Source: a virus
Taxonomy: Duplodnaviria > Caudoviricetes
Strand: one strand, 5' to 3'
IMG/VR virus record: IMGVR_UViG_3300050343_000141
Coordinates: 1-56,450 of that record
Length of the DNA stretch: 56,450 nt
Positions 45,157-56,450 of the stretch are shown in pieces; the stretch's first letter is position 1; every line of letters starts with the position of its first letter. Position numbers and translations under genes: made by a program. The notes under the pieces are model-generated. The model worked only from the letters and a program-made list of their open reading frames with translations. It searched no databases and was not told the origin of the DNA.

Positions 45157-48100
45157 GACTCGTCTCCTGCTGGCATCGTGGCTATCTCAGCCTCAAACTT
45201 CTCAATCAGCCCACCGATAGCGTTGCCAATAGAGTCTCTCAAGTCTCGTCCGTTGCTCAAGGGTGGCGTCTCGTCTTGGACTACGCGAGTGCCGTACGGA
45301 GCCAGCAATGTTACCAACCGCGTAGTTGGTTCGAGTAGGGTGCGTGTCTATTATAAGACCGGTATTTGATGTTCCCGTTTTGTTCTGTCCCTATGGTGTA
45401 CTTGGTGGGGTCAGGGGCATAAAGTTTAATTGGGTTATCAACGGTGTTTAAGGTTATGGAGCCAGAGAAGTGGGCGTCTTTAAACTTGTAGGTGCTACTG
45501 CCTAGACTGACGGTGCCATCTACCGGGCCGCCATCGTTGTTAAGGGGGAGTAAAGCAGTGTCAGCCGAAGATGACCCAAAGAAACCTACGCCACAATGGT
45601 GAGAGGCTGCTCTCCATATACCCCAAGTGCCTACATTGACCCCACCTGCTTCAATAGTAACGGAGTTGGCAGTAACGGTGCCAAAGAAATTACCGTCACC
45701 CCTTGCATCGACTGAAAAACAAGAAGCCCCTCCAGCATTTTGTGCATCAATTATTAGGTCAGCAGTTGCGCCATATTTCGGTCGTATAGATCCAGAACTC
45801 ACGGAGCCAGAGAACACGGCGTTTCCATCCTTCTTTAAACTTAGACTTGCAGTGCTTGCACTTGTGTGTCTAAAAATAATATCCCCATTCGTATCGTCTA
45901 AATTCCAAATGGTTACGGGCTTGTTAACGCCGTGAGCCATGATGTAATTTGCAGAACTATTGGATTCAATTTGAATTCCTTGGTCGCTGGTAGCGCCACG
46001 AGAAAACCAAGCACGGCCAGCCACCTGCAACTTATCCCCAGCGGTTCGTGTCTCCATCCACTCGGCTACTAAGTCTTCTGTAGGCTCCTGCTCAAAGGCT
46101 CCCTTTGTCACGATAGGCCATGAGGCTTTCTTGGCCTTGGTCTTCCACTCTGCCAGTTGCTCCTTGGCCGATAGGTCAAAGGTGACTGACACAGGGGTCA
46201 TGCCGATGCCGACTAAGCCTGACTCGTTTATAAATAATGCTGAATTGTTATTCCCCATGTTAAAACTATGGGTCAACGCTTGCACCGCATAAGGCACATA
46301 CGAAGATGCTGTTCTGTCATAACTCCTAATAAAGTTATTGTCACTCGACGGCAAGAACTCAAATACGCCGCCGTTAGCATTGGCAACAGATAAATCACCT
46401 TTCGGGTCATCTGTGCCGATGCCGACGCTCCCCATAAAGACAGCATCACCATTAGCTTGGAGTTGGTCGACAACGACCTTTGTTCCTTCACCAGCATACT
46501 CAAGGTTGACGCCGTTAAGCTCCCAGTGCGAGCCGTTAGTCAGCTCGACAATGAAGTCGATAGAGTCGTCAGCCTGTGGGACTTCTGTAAAAGTGATCGT
46601 TGAGCCTGTCGTGGTGAAAGCCACGCCGGGTTCTTGGATAACGCCGTTAACACTTACCAGCAGGTTAGTAGCACCCAGTGGCTCACGGGCATCACCACCA
46701 AGGGTAAGGTCAAACGTATCAGCAGTGCCGTCAGGTGTCAGCTTGTCATAGGCAAGGTTGATGCTGCCTGCGCCGCCTGTGCCGCCACCACCCTCACCAC
46801 CTGTTACCTCTACCCAAGTACCGTTAGCTCTGCCGTATACAAGCCCACTTGTAGGGGCTTCTTCTACTGGGAACTCGATAGCCGAGATAGAATCATCTAC
46901 ATAGGTTTCTGTGGCATATCCCGTTAGGTCGGCAGGCGGAATAGCCGAGATAGAATCGTCTACGTAGGTTTCTGTGGCGTACCCTGTAAGGTCAACGTCC
47001 TCTGGGATGGATTCCAGTTGCTCGTAAAACCAACGGTTGACCTCAAGCTGATTGTTAAGCTCTGGTATTTCTCTAGTGCTTTTAAACCGACCCTTCGAAT
47101 CTCGAAAAGCAATGTCCGAATTAGTCAGTACAAGGTCGGTAGTTACAGGTGCCCAACCATCTTTGTAGACCATCCATGAGTCAGTTGAGCTAGGTTTTTG
47201 AACGTAGTTAGATAAGTCAACGGACGCGCCGTTATCGTCGCCATTACCGTCGCCGCCCTTGCTAGGAGTGCTGACCTCAAACCAATACCCTTCGCCGCCG
47301 TTAGGATCGTCAGAAAAACAGAAGAAACCCTCCGAGCCTACGAGCGAGCAAAACCAGAGGTCGCCTTCCGTCGCGTTCTCAGGAGCGGTGTCTGAAATAA
47401 TGGCCGCGTTACCGTCGCCGCCACCTGCAATTACCTCGGCCCAAGCGCCATCTTGTCTCGCGTATTGCTTACCGTCGCTGTCGGCATCCGTAAGATAGTC
47501 ACCGGCAGGCTGATAGTCAGTCGGATCGAAATCGGTAATATCTGCGACAACATGCGTATGGTCTTCTGGCGGAAACTCAGTTGGTTTACCCGTGATCGAG
47601 TCCCAATCAGGATCTACAACGTCAGGGATTACAACCTCTGCCCAATCTTCTGACTGCCTACCGTAAAGTTTTCCGTCATCAGGTGCGTCAACAAACCCGC
47701 CGTCTTCGGTTATGGCGTCCTCGATCGCGTCGATCCTGTCGCCTAACTCGTCAAACTCTGGGTGCGTGTGGTCCGATGGAGGGAATTCAGTCGGTTTACC
47801 CGTCACTTCATCCCAGCTAGGGGGCACAACTTCTGGGAAAGCTACCTCAGACCAAGCCCCGTCTTGCCTTGTGTACTGTTTACCGTCGCTGTTAGCGTCC
47901 GTAAGGTATTGCTCATGCGTGTGATACTCGGGCGGAAACGTATCGGGAATCCCCTCAATACTGTCCCAATCCGGTGCTCCATCTTGTATTGCACGCGTTA
48001 ATAGCTCTGCAGTTAGACGCAGCTCACAATTTGACCCTACGCGCCAACTCTGTTGGGCGGTCCCTTCTTTACCGCGAATTACTGTTAACTCGTTTTGCGC

Positions 48101-48292
48101 AGAGTTTATGCTAGTTACTTCGCAGATTTCTGTTTGATCTGGTTTAGCCGTATCTGTCAACGTACAGTAGGTGTATTCCCCCGGCCCCAAAGTTGGAAAA
48201 CGGCTGACGTCTTCTACAACAATAACCGTAATCCCTGTCGCCACAGACACCGCTACTTTAGTTTTTACATTATTTGTAAATTTAACTGTCAT
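45153..48292 (-). CDS. Tail fibre A (proximal; ORF 45311-48292 plus an out-of-frame C-terminal module ending at 45153)
   Basis: N-terminal FTNN...RGKEGT..W..G...ELRLTA anchor; DA.xDGKQY.RQDG.W and KPTEFPP..HTH repeats; LRDSIGNAIGGLIEKFEAEIATMPAGDES in another frame at 45153-45245. Confidence 0.75.
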
Positions 48293-48297
48293 GGCGG

Positions 48298-48501
48298 CTA
48301 CCCGTTAAAAGTCCATTCATTGATCGCGCGGCTATTAAACACCGACGTACCCTCATCACTGTCAGGGCGTTGGCTCTCCCAATCCCAATTGCTATTGAGG
48401 GTAAAAGTAGCGCGCATGTTGACGTGTGATATTCGTGCTTTTAGGTCAAGGGCGGAAAAGAGCGCCCGCATTTTCTGTATGAGGACATCGCTATGCATCA
48501 A
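48298..48501 (-). CDS. Small hypothetical protein
   Basis: 67 aa filling the gap between tail genes. Confidence 0.45.
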   Translation of the reverse strand: MMHSDVLIQKMRALFSALDLKARISHVNMRATFTLNSNWDWESQRPDSDEGTSVFNSRAINEWTFNG

Positions 48502-48871
48502 ACTTCTCGCGAATCTTCATCTTCAAAAGGTCATAAACCGTGTGCTTTGCACCGCCAAACTCGTTAATAACTTCGAATTCAGCTTCAAAAAGGCCCGCTC
48601 TATCGAGTGTCCCAGCAGGAAAGATCGTGGTGCATCTACCGTCTTCGGGGGGAACCAGCACAGTCATAGGTAAAGTGTGCTCTAGCTCGCCGCCCTGCTC
48701 TCGGATGAGCATATTTACAAAGCGATCATTGAGATCTATAGGCATCCATGTCTCAGGATTGTCTTCGTCGAGACGCTTACCCGGCGCGGCTGTATTAGAG
48801 TCTCGTAGCGTCACTGTCAGTTCGGGAAGATTGTCCCCACTGACCAAATTAATGGTTCCCAAATACGCCAT
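48491..48871 (-). CDS. BppU-N-like structural protein
   Basis: LVSGDNLPELTVTL...IDL...G...AGLFEAEFEV...HTV pattern. Confidence 0.6.
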   Translation of the reverse strand: MAYLGTINLVSGDNLPELTVTLRDSNTAAPGKRLDEDNPETWMPIDLNDRFVNMLIREQGGELEHTLPMTVLVPPEDGRCTTIFPAGTLDRAGLFEAEFEVINEFGGAKHTVYDLLKMKIREKFDA

Positions 48872-48924
48872 TTTCAGTGCCCTCGGTTTGCAATATATTA
48901 GCGTAGGTCATAGTTTTAAGCGAG

Positions 48925-51900
48925 TCACTTTAAGATGCTGTAACCCGGTACTAATCTGTCACCTACGGTCTTCCCAACGTTCCATCCGTTACGCATAGCA
49001 AGATCGATTGTTTCTGCTGTCGGGCCAAGAAGGGATGAGAAAGGAGAACCGCCCCAATCCGCTTTATTATTGGCCATCTGCAGCATTGAGAACGGCCCCA
49101 AAAACCCTGACCGGTCTGTGATTTCAAACATATACTCGCCCCAATCCATTCGCTCGGACCGGAAGTACTGCTCTTTCGGGTCGATGCCGGGTAATAGCCA
49201 CGCTAATCCATACTTAGCGTACTCACGCGCCTCGCCCCCAAGCATCGCTAAAGGCATCGTGGCGACTGCGGTGAGCATAAGTAACGACCCCACGGCTTTG
49301 CCCTGCTCTTTACCTTGAAGTTCTTTGTTTCGCTGACGGCCCTCACGGAGCACACCACCCATAATTGTCTTCCAGTAAGCGTAGAAGTAGCTCTTCAACT
49401 GCCAGATCAAAGCGAAGTGCGGATCAGAGGCCCATACAGGACGCTCTGCTGCGTTTGGCCGCATGACTGAGGACTCGACAAAGCGCTGTAGGGCGTTCTG
49501 GACCTTACGGCCTGTCTCGTCGTTGAACTTCTGGCCGCTGCTGTACCACGTCTGGACCTCTTTGGCGGTAAGGCCAAGGTCGCTCAAGTAGCGAGCGGAT
49601 AGCTCGTTCCCACCTAACGCTCGCTCCGAATGTCGCAAGATAAAGGTGTTGCCCATACGGGCCGCAAACTCACGGGAAAACTTAGTAAACCAATCCAGAC
49701 CGATATAGCGGAAGAACGTATCCGACATGCTTCGGATAGCGGGGTCCATGTAGTCCTGCTCGGCCTGTGTAACCCAAGCGTTAGCAACGGTTTCACTGCT
49801 GTTGACGCCGACGTCGCGCGCAAACTGGATCGCTTCTTCTCGGTTTGTGAACGTCGCTATCAGCTCTTTGAACCCCGACGACAAACCGCCGAGTTCTTTC
49901 GCATTGATGATAGGCCCGGCAAGGTCGGGCAACGACGCAATTGCGGCGAAAGGCAGAATCGTAATGAACTGTATGAACTGGCCCCAACTGTTGACGGTTC
50001 TCCACAGAGGAGACATGGCAGTATCTTGATACCCAAGGTACGCCTTTAATATTTTCTCTACTTCTGCCCTCTTCTCTGCCGGTAGCGAGTCCAGCATTGC
50101 TCCAACTTTCGCTCCGCCGTTAGTCGCCCTGCTCCACTCAACGTGTTTAATCATCCTGTTCATATAGGTGACAAACGCAAGATCGGGGTCTTGTAAGAAC
50201 CCTGCGTCTAGTAATAAGTTCTTATCAATCTCGTCTGTTAGCAGTCGTTCCTTCGCAGCACCTTTTGCTACCGAGTCGAATAGCTCGTCAGGATCTGGAG
50301 CACCGTCCACAGGATCGTTATCTACGACACCATCTTCGTTTAGGAACCGCGTGAGGGCGCGCTTCATCTGTCGCTCTTTTCGAGGGTTCCACGGTTTGCC
50401 TTTATTCGCGGCGTCCTTCCTCAGAATGTCTAAGAACTCATCCGGCTTGTTCGACACTTCCATCATGTCTAACACTACGGGGAAGAAGTTCTTGCGCTGC
50501 TTAATCTCTAAGCCGCTAAGCCCTACGTATTCTTTGTAGAACGCGTCGAGGTAGTCTCTGACTTTGCGCTCAATGCTGTCTGGGGCAAAGTCCTTGGTAT
50601 CGATAGAGTCATCAAGCGCGAGAATCAGCGCCTCACGGACTGCCTCATCATTAAGATTGCCAACGTCATCCTCAAAACGGTTTTTCCAAATGTTTGAGGT
50701 TAGGTTTTTTCTGCGCAGGAACCCTGTCTCACCACTTCTGCCTTGCGATTGCACATAAAAAAGGTCGGCGAACTTATCGCCAGCTAATGAACGCAACCGA
50801 CTATCCGCAGTGAAGAACACAGTTCTTACTACTCCAATAGCATCTGCAAGAATCTTGCGCTTGTACATGCGGCCTGTTGCGTCAGACCTTGGCACGCCGT
50901 CAAGATACTCTTTGACCTGCTCCTTAAACGTTGACGCGATACCAGTGCGGATTGGGTTAGAGTCTTTGACAGATTCAATAACGCCGTCCATATATGCGTC
51001 GAACGTAGTATCGAGTAGTCGATCTACCCCAAGACGTATCTTACTCTGCGCGGCCTGCTTAACCTTTCTCCACGCGGCCTTCAGCTTCGCCACTACTTTC
51101 TTAAAATGAGAGTCGGCGGCGTTCTTAGCCTGCTTACCAACTTTGTCGCGCGCCCACAGAGCTACTTGATCCGCGTACCACTCGTCAAAGGCTTTGCCCT
51201 TGTCGTTGTTGTAGGTATCCATGTAGTTCTTGTACAACGGGTCTTTCGCGAAGGCGGCTTCCAACCTTTTTCGCACTTGCTGGTTGAGCAACGCCTTTTG
51301 CTTTTCCATGTGCATGATGGCGTGACCATATTCATGGCCTAACACCATGGCATCTACAGCGATATTCCCAGAGTCGTTTATGAATATGAGCTTGGAATCT
51401 GGTACGAAGGTGCCGCCAAACTTAATCTCGCCCTGCTGTCGCTGTCGGTCTTCTAAGTAAGTCCAGATGTCTGCCGCTACTGTATCGCCGTAACGGTTCT
51501 TGGTCTGACGGTACGTTAGCTTCGACAGCTCTGCTAAAGACAGCACTGTGTAATCAGCAAGATCTGGGTAGGCTTCCACCAACGCGTCGCGGATAGCCTT
51601 CATTATGGGGTTGGTCTGTCTACGCTTTGGCGGAGTGAGATTAGCGTTCTCGCCCAGCTTCTTTTTCCTGTCGTACTTAACATCTGGTTTGGCTTGCGCT
51701 TTAGCCTGTGTTTTAGGCGCAGCCTTCGCTTCAGCAGCTTTCTGAGGCGTCGCCATCATCTGCTCGTACTCAGTCATCTCGTCAATTACAGCGGTGGGCT
51801 TGGCCTCAACAGGTTTATTGTCGGGCTGTTTGATCTCATAACGCTGTTCGACTTTTGGCTCTGGTAGCTTGTTCTTCTTTTTCTGAGCGGCTTCGTGTTT

Positions 51901-54900
51901 CTCTTTCTTTCTTTTGTGCTCTGCGTTTCTTTTTCTAAACTCGGCCATGCGCTCGTTGTACTGCGCTGATTTCTTTTCTTTAGACTTTCCAGTTAGTTCT
52001 TTAAACCGCTCGTCTACAGTCTTGCCTTCGCGATTCTTTTTAGTGCTGAACGGTCGACCAATATTCGTTTCTTTCAACGACCCATCTTCTTGGACCTCAT
52101 ATCGTTTCCCGTTTATAACTTGCATTGGGAGGCCGTTAACGTTGACGTAAATGTCGTCTTGCGTTTCTAAAGTAGAGGGGACCGCCTCTTGCTGGTCTAT
52201 TTCTTTACCCCTGTTTAACTGCTCTCTCTTGAGGGAGGCTAGCTCTTTTTCTAGTTCGGCTCTTTCGTCTGGGTCAGTTGTTTGCTCTATGAGACCGGGC
52301 ACGTAAGGCTCGCTAGTAACGTCTGCTTCTTGGATACCCGTAGCGCCTAACCACTTCATACTGGTTTTGACTTTATCAATGCCCTCTTCTAGCTTTGCTA
52401 CTACGTCTGCGTCTGGATTGGCTTTTCGTTCCTCTTCAACTAGACGCCTTTCTAGTTCTGCAAGCCGTCCTTTTCTCGCTTGCGCAGCACCTACTAGTCC
52501 TGATTTTTGAACATTGTTGCTACTCTCTATCGCCCCACTCTCAGGAGCAGGCGCAGAAGCCTCCGTAACTTGTGTCTCGGTGTAGCCTTCCAGCTCTTCA
52601 ATGCGAGCATCTATTTCCTGTGGGGTAGACAACGGGATCTGCTTCAAATCGATTCCGTTGTTATCGGTCTCGCGCGCTGCTCTACCTACTGCCTCGACGC
52701 CGCCTGTTCTCGTCAAAGAAGCATAAGTGGTTTCCCACTTAGCTTTTAGATCTTGGTTTTTAAAACGGCCTTTACTGTCTAGCGCTGCTTCGTTAGACCC
52801 GAACAAATCTTCCCTACCGACAATCTGTTCGCCTTCTAAATCAGACAGCATTTGTTGATGAGACTTCTCTTGTTTTCTGGCTTTTCTGGATTCTTTTTTG
52901 AGATCGCTATTCTTTGGCAAATTAAGCGCGGTGACGGTGTAACCCTCTATCACTAAATCAGCCAAAATTTCTAAGGCGGCGTCGCGGTCAGCATTTAAGT
53001 CCGTAACCGACGACTTCTTCTGGCGAACTAACTGCCGACCTGAGTTAATTAGGTCATAGAATGCGGCTGACACTTTTCTACCATCAGGACGCGTAATGAC
53101 AATGTTATGAGATTCTAGATCTCGTCTATTAGCTGACTTAAACGCTTCTACTAAAAACTCTTTCAGCGGCATACGGGGTGACTTGTTGACATCTTTCGTC
53201 GCGCTAAGGACGCGAGTCTGCGTGTACAAGTCTTCAAAATAACGAACGCTTAGTTGGAGCTTGCCATCTTTGTTCGGCGTGATCTCAACCTCGACGTTGG
53301 GATTGTCTGCGTATTTCAACGCGTTCGACATTAGAGATTTGTTATACCGCTCTATATCTGCTGGTTCGCCGAACTTCAGGATGTACTGTTCTTTGACCTC
53401 TTTATAATCGTCTCCGTTGTATCCGTTCTCTGGGTCGCGCGGGGTGTAGGCACCCATGTCAACGACTTCACCTTCTGCTTCTGAATACTGCTGGTTGCCT
53501 TTGGAATCAAATGATTCGTCTAGTTCGTTTTCACCTGTTCCTTCGTAATCATCATCCGCGTTTTCTACATCAGCATTCTCTTCAAATGCGTATGTATCAC
53601 TTGACTCAGCGTTGTCATCACGAGGTACATACCCCAGCTCTTTGGGGTCGTCGTAGATCATGTCGTCGTACTGCGGGCCGCGCTCGGCGTCGTACTTCTT
53701 CTTTCGCTCTTCCATCGCCTGATCTAGCATCACGATGTCAAAACTACCGCCTTCGGGCGCAAAGCCTTTCGCTGCTTGGACCGCATCAGCTACAGAGTCA
53801 GGGGTAGTTATCTCCTCAGAGATAATGTTGCCGTCTTTATCTTTGGCACGGACAACTTGACCGGGGCCATCGGTAGGCTTCTCGTTGGTAGCATAACCAA
53901 GAGCCGCGCCTACAGCGCCATCAGACCCGCCTGCCGCGACAACCTCCGCAACAACCTCTTGGCTGGTGGACGCAATCGTCCCTCGACCGGGTATGTACGC
54001 GGTGTAGTACATCTTGCCGGTCTGTTTATCGCGCTTCTTGCCATCCTTGCCGAAGACCTCTTGACCCTGCTCCCCAGCTACCCATACAGATACCTTGTCG
54101 CTCGACTCGTCAAACATGGCACGCACTTGCGCGTTAATGTCAGCCGTAGACTCTGGGGTGGTCACATTCGGATCGTTCTCGCCGACTCCGAACTGTTCTT
54201 CGTCAATACGCTCGTTGACCTGCTGGTCTATACCCTCGCGCAGATACCCTTCCGCCTTGGTCATTACATTGCCAAGACCTCGATAAGCGGCTCCCGCGCC
54301 AGCGCCTGCTCCACCAGCGCCGCCTCCTCCAAAGAACCCCATGAAGGCTGACTCAGCAATACGCATCTGGCCTTCTTGCCACGTATAGCTATCGTCCATC
54401 TCCATTCTGTTAGCAACGCTAATACCTTCTTGCGCAACTTCAGTTATTCCTTCAACAGCGCCCTGCTCCAAGAAGCCGCGACTGATGTTCCCGGCCAGAT
54501 CTTTGAACATGCTGTTACTAGTCGCGCGCGTGTTAGCTACGCGGCCAATCATCTTGAGCAGATACGCTTCGCTCGCTACACCGATTACAGCTTGTGGAGC
54601 GGCCACTGCAGCGGCACGAAGTGCAGTCCCCCTGTCTAGCTCTTGGCCCGCGTCTAAGGCTTCAGACAGGTTTCCACCTGCCATGGGCACGTATTCCGCA
54701 GCTCCTGCGCCTAAAAACCCGCCCATTTTGGCGTCGCGCCCGCGCATAGTTGACCGTGTGTACTTGTAGAACTCTTCGGCCAAGTCTTTCTCATCGGGTG
54801 TAGCCGTACCTGCGGCTGACCGACGCATAGAATCTTTTACAATTCGCTCTGCAACGCTTCGTGCAGACTTGCCTAGAACGGCCTTGCCTGCGACTGTTGC

Positions 54901-56113
54901 AACACTACCGACGCCGAAACCTACGATAGAGGTAACCGCGCTTGGAACTATCTGCCCAGACTTCGCAACTTGGGTAACAAAACCAGTAAAGGTCGGCTCT
55001 TCTAGGAACTCCTCAAAAGTCTCAAGTCCTGCGAGTGGCGCAGAAGCAGCTTCATCTCGCAACCTAGCAACGCGAACATTTCTGGCGGCGGCTTCTTCAT
55101 CACCGATAAGAGTGTTGCCAAGGGCTTTGAAGTATTCGAGATCTGACTCAAGGCCGCGCGCGCCTGCCTCCATACCACTTTTAAAGATTCCCGAAATACT
55201 GGTATCGGACGCGCCGGGGTTATAACTAGTAGCAAACGGGTCATTAATATCAGCGGTTATTCTGCTGTTAATGTCATTGTTTACAGGGTTGTTTGGTGTG
55301 GGGAGTTGGAACCCACTGTCACTCTGACCACCCATAGGCTGTCGTATGGTTTGAGGCTGAGGTGCCTGACGCTGTGATGGTTGAGGCTGCGGTGTCTGAC
55401 GCTGTACAGCAGGAGCCTCCTCAGAAATCATACTGACCAACGCTTGGTCTAAGTCTTCGTCCTCTTGCGGCTCTATCTCAGAAGGTGCTTGCTCTCTGTC
55501 GGGCACTGATACTTCAGCAAGCCGTTGGCTCATGTCGGGAGTGGCGTAGTCTTCCTCTGTCTGACGCGCCATCTGAGAAGCCGCTGGCTCTCTGCCGATA
55601 CTCGCCGGTGCTTGCTCTGCAGTTACTTCTGCTTCAGCAAGCAGATTAGTTACCGCTTGGTCTAGCTCTGGCTCTTCTTGCGGTTCCTCTTGCGGCCTCT
55701 TGCGGCTCTTCTTGCGGCTCTTCTTGCGGCTCTTCTTGCGGTTCCTCTTCAGCAAGCAGATTAGTTACCGCTTGATCTAACTCTGGCTCTTCTTGCGGTT
55801 CTTCTTGCGGCTCTTCTTGCGGCTCTTCCGCCGAAAGATCAAATCTTTCTCTTAACACATCAACGTCTATACGGAGGCGTCTTGCTATTTCAGCTTGAGG
55901 GACACCTTCTCCTAGAGCAAAGTTAACAAGTCCGGCAACATACTCTGGGTTCTCTACTTCAACGCCAGCGTCCCACCTATCGCCCAACGACTGCTCGTTA
56001 TGGGCCAGCAGCTCATCGACTGAGATACCAAAATGATCGGCAACTTTTTTTCTAGAGTCCCCAGACTGTATTTTGTAATACCTTGGGACATCTCTCGGAT
56101 CGCTTACCGCCAT
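48925..56113 (-). CDS. Giant (~2400 aa) ejection/polyvalent protein with N-terminal LysM and an internal HExxH motif; split by a 2-nt deletion at ~55696
   Basis: LysM YKIQSGDSRKKVADHFGISVDELLAHN (55646-56113 ORF). One EEPQ unit is 10 nt instead of 12. GHEYGH zincin-like motif; C-terminal IWQLKSYFY resembles internal-virion-protein tails. Confidence 0.7.
55630..55830 (-). repeat. 12-bp EEPQ tandem repeats within a duplicated EEPELDQAVTNLLAE unit
   Basis: GAAGAGCCGCAA arrays; two copies of CAAGCGGTAACTAATCTGCTTGCTGAAG. Confidence 0.9.
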
Positions 56114-56450
56114 TAAGAATCACCGACCGTCGGCATCCGCTCTACCACTGCATTCCACCCTTCGCTTGTGCCCAACCGTCTGCGCACATCTCTTATGTCC
56201 ACATCAGAGCCTTTCTTTTTCCCATCAGGCCCAAAAAATTGAATGCTTTCAATGTCACCGGTCTTAGGGTTGACTACTTTTCTGAAGCCGCCGAAGTCGA
56301 TGCTAGAGGTATCGTTCAACGCGTCCTCAGTAAACAAGCCAATAAAGCCGTCCCACCACCCTTCTTTTGTGTTTACGCTGTCAGTTAGCGCCTCTCTTAT
56401 GACGCTCGCGATCTCTGTATTGATAGCATTTGCCCCGCCAGAACCCGGTT
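56113..56450 (-). CDS. C-terminal part of a virion protein running off the right edge
   Basis: Frame open from 56448 (PGSGGANAINTEIASVIREAL...WWDGFIGLFTEDA) to the stop at 56113, which overlaps the ATG of the giant gene. Confidence 0.65.
   Translation of the reverse strand, partial: PGSGGANAINTEIASVIREALTDSVNTKEGWWDGFIGLFTEDALNDTSSIDFGGFRKVVNPKTGDIESIQFFGPDGKKKGSDVDIRDVRRRLGTSEGWNAVVERMPTVGDS

Noticed and set aside
41625-45250. Diversity-generating retroelement TR/VR pair
   Set aside because: No reverse transcriptase seen; differences between the C-terminal module copies compared are mostly synonymous third-position changes, not adenine-specific.
40132-48292. Invertase-driven shufflon
   Set aside because: All fibre modules are in the same orientation and no serine or tyrosine recombinase was recognised.
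55690-55755. Basic N-terminus MLKRNRKKSRKKSRKK of the 2276-aa ORF
   Set aside because: It is the EEPQ repeat read in the wrong frame upstream of the 2-nt deletion.
1-56450. Direct terminal repeat or exact circular closure; tRNA genes; alternative genetic code
   Set aside because: The ends share no sequence and join out of frame; no cloverleaf/T-loop pattern was noticed by eye; core genes are full length in the standard code.

Overview
A near-complete genome of a tailed dsDNA phage with podovirus-like organisation, probably marine and infecting a gammaproteobacterium (both inferred). The window is linearised inside a virion-protein gene: open minus-strand frames run off both ends, with no terminal overlap. 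Minus strand 12399->1 and 56450->32349: TerS, TerL, P22-like portal, scaffold, N4-gp56/DUF4043-type major capsid, adaptors, ejection proteins (one of ~2400 aa with LysM and HExxH), five modular tail-fibre genes, an adhesin, a nozzle and a central fibre. Plus strand 12722->31551: small early ORFs separated by a repeated hairpin-RBS cassette, an iteron/IHF/CATG-rich origin candidate, a MoxR AAA-Nmad5-VWA/metallopeptidase triad, family A DNA polymerase (Leu762 type), a CsrA homologue, primase-helicase, PD-(D/E)XK nuclease, SNF2-like helicase and a VRR-NUC-like nuclease. Most unusual: (i) a host-type Omp1-like exported surface protein plus an uncalled 57-aa lipoprotein inside the tail module; (ii) a 16-bp palindrome TATTAR-N4-YTRATA at six gene boundaries, two of them overlapping -10 boxes; (iii) a multi-hairpin capsid leader with repeated CGUUA, in a phage whose CsrA lacks the Arg44 equivalent; (iv) a mosaic fibre array built from shared DNA blocks. 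About seven 1-2 nt frameshifts in tail and ejection genes are most simply sequencing/consensus errors. No integrase, endolysin, tRNA, RT or CRISPR was recognised. All family calls come from motif recognition by eye, not database searches.
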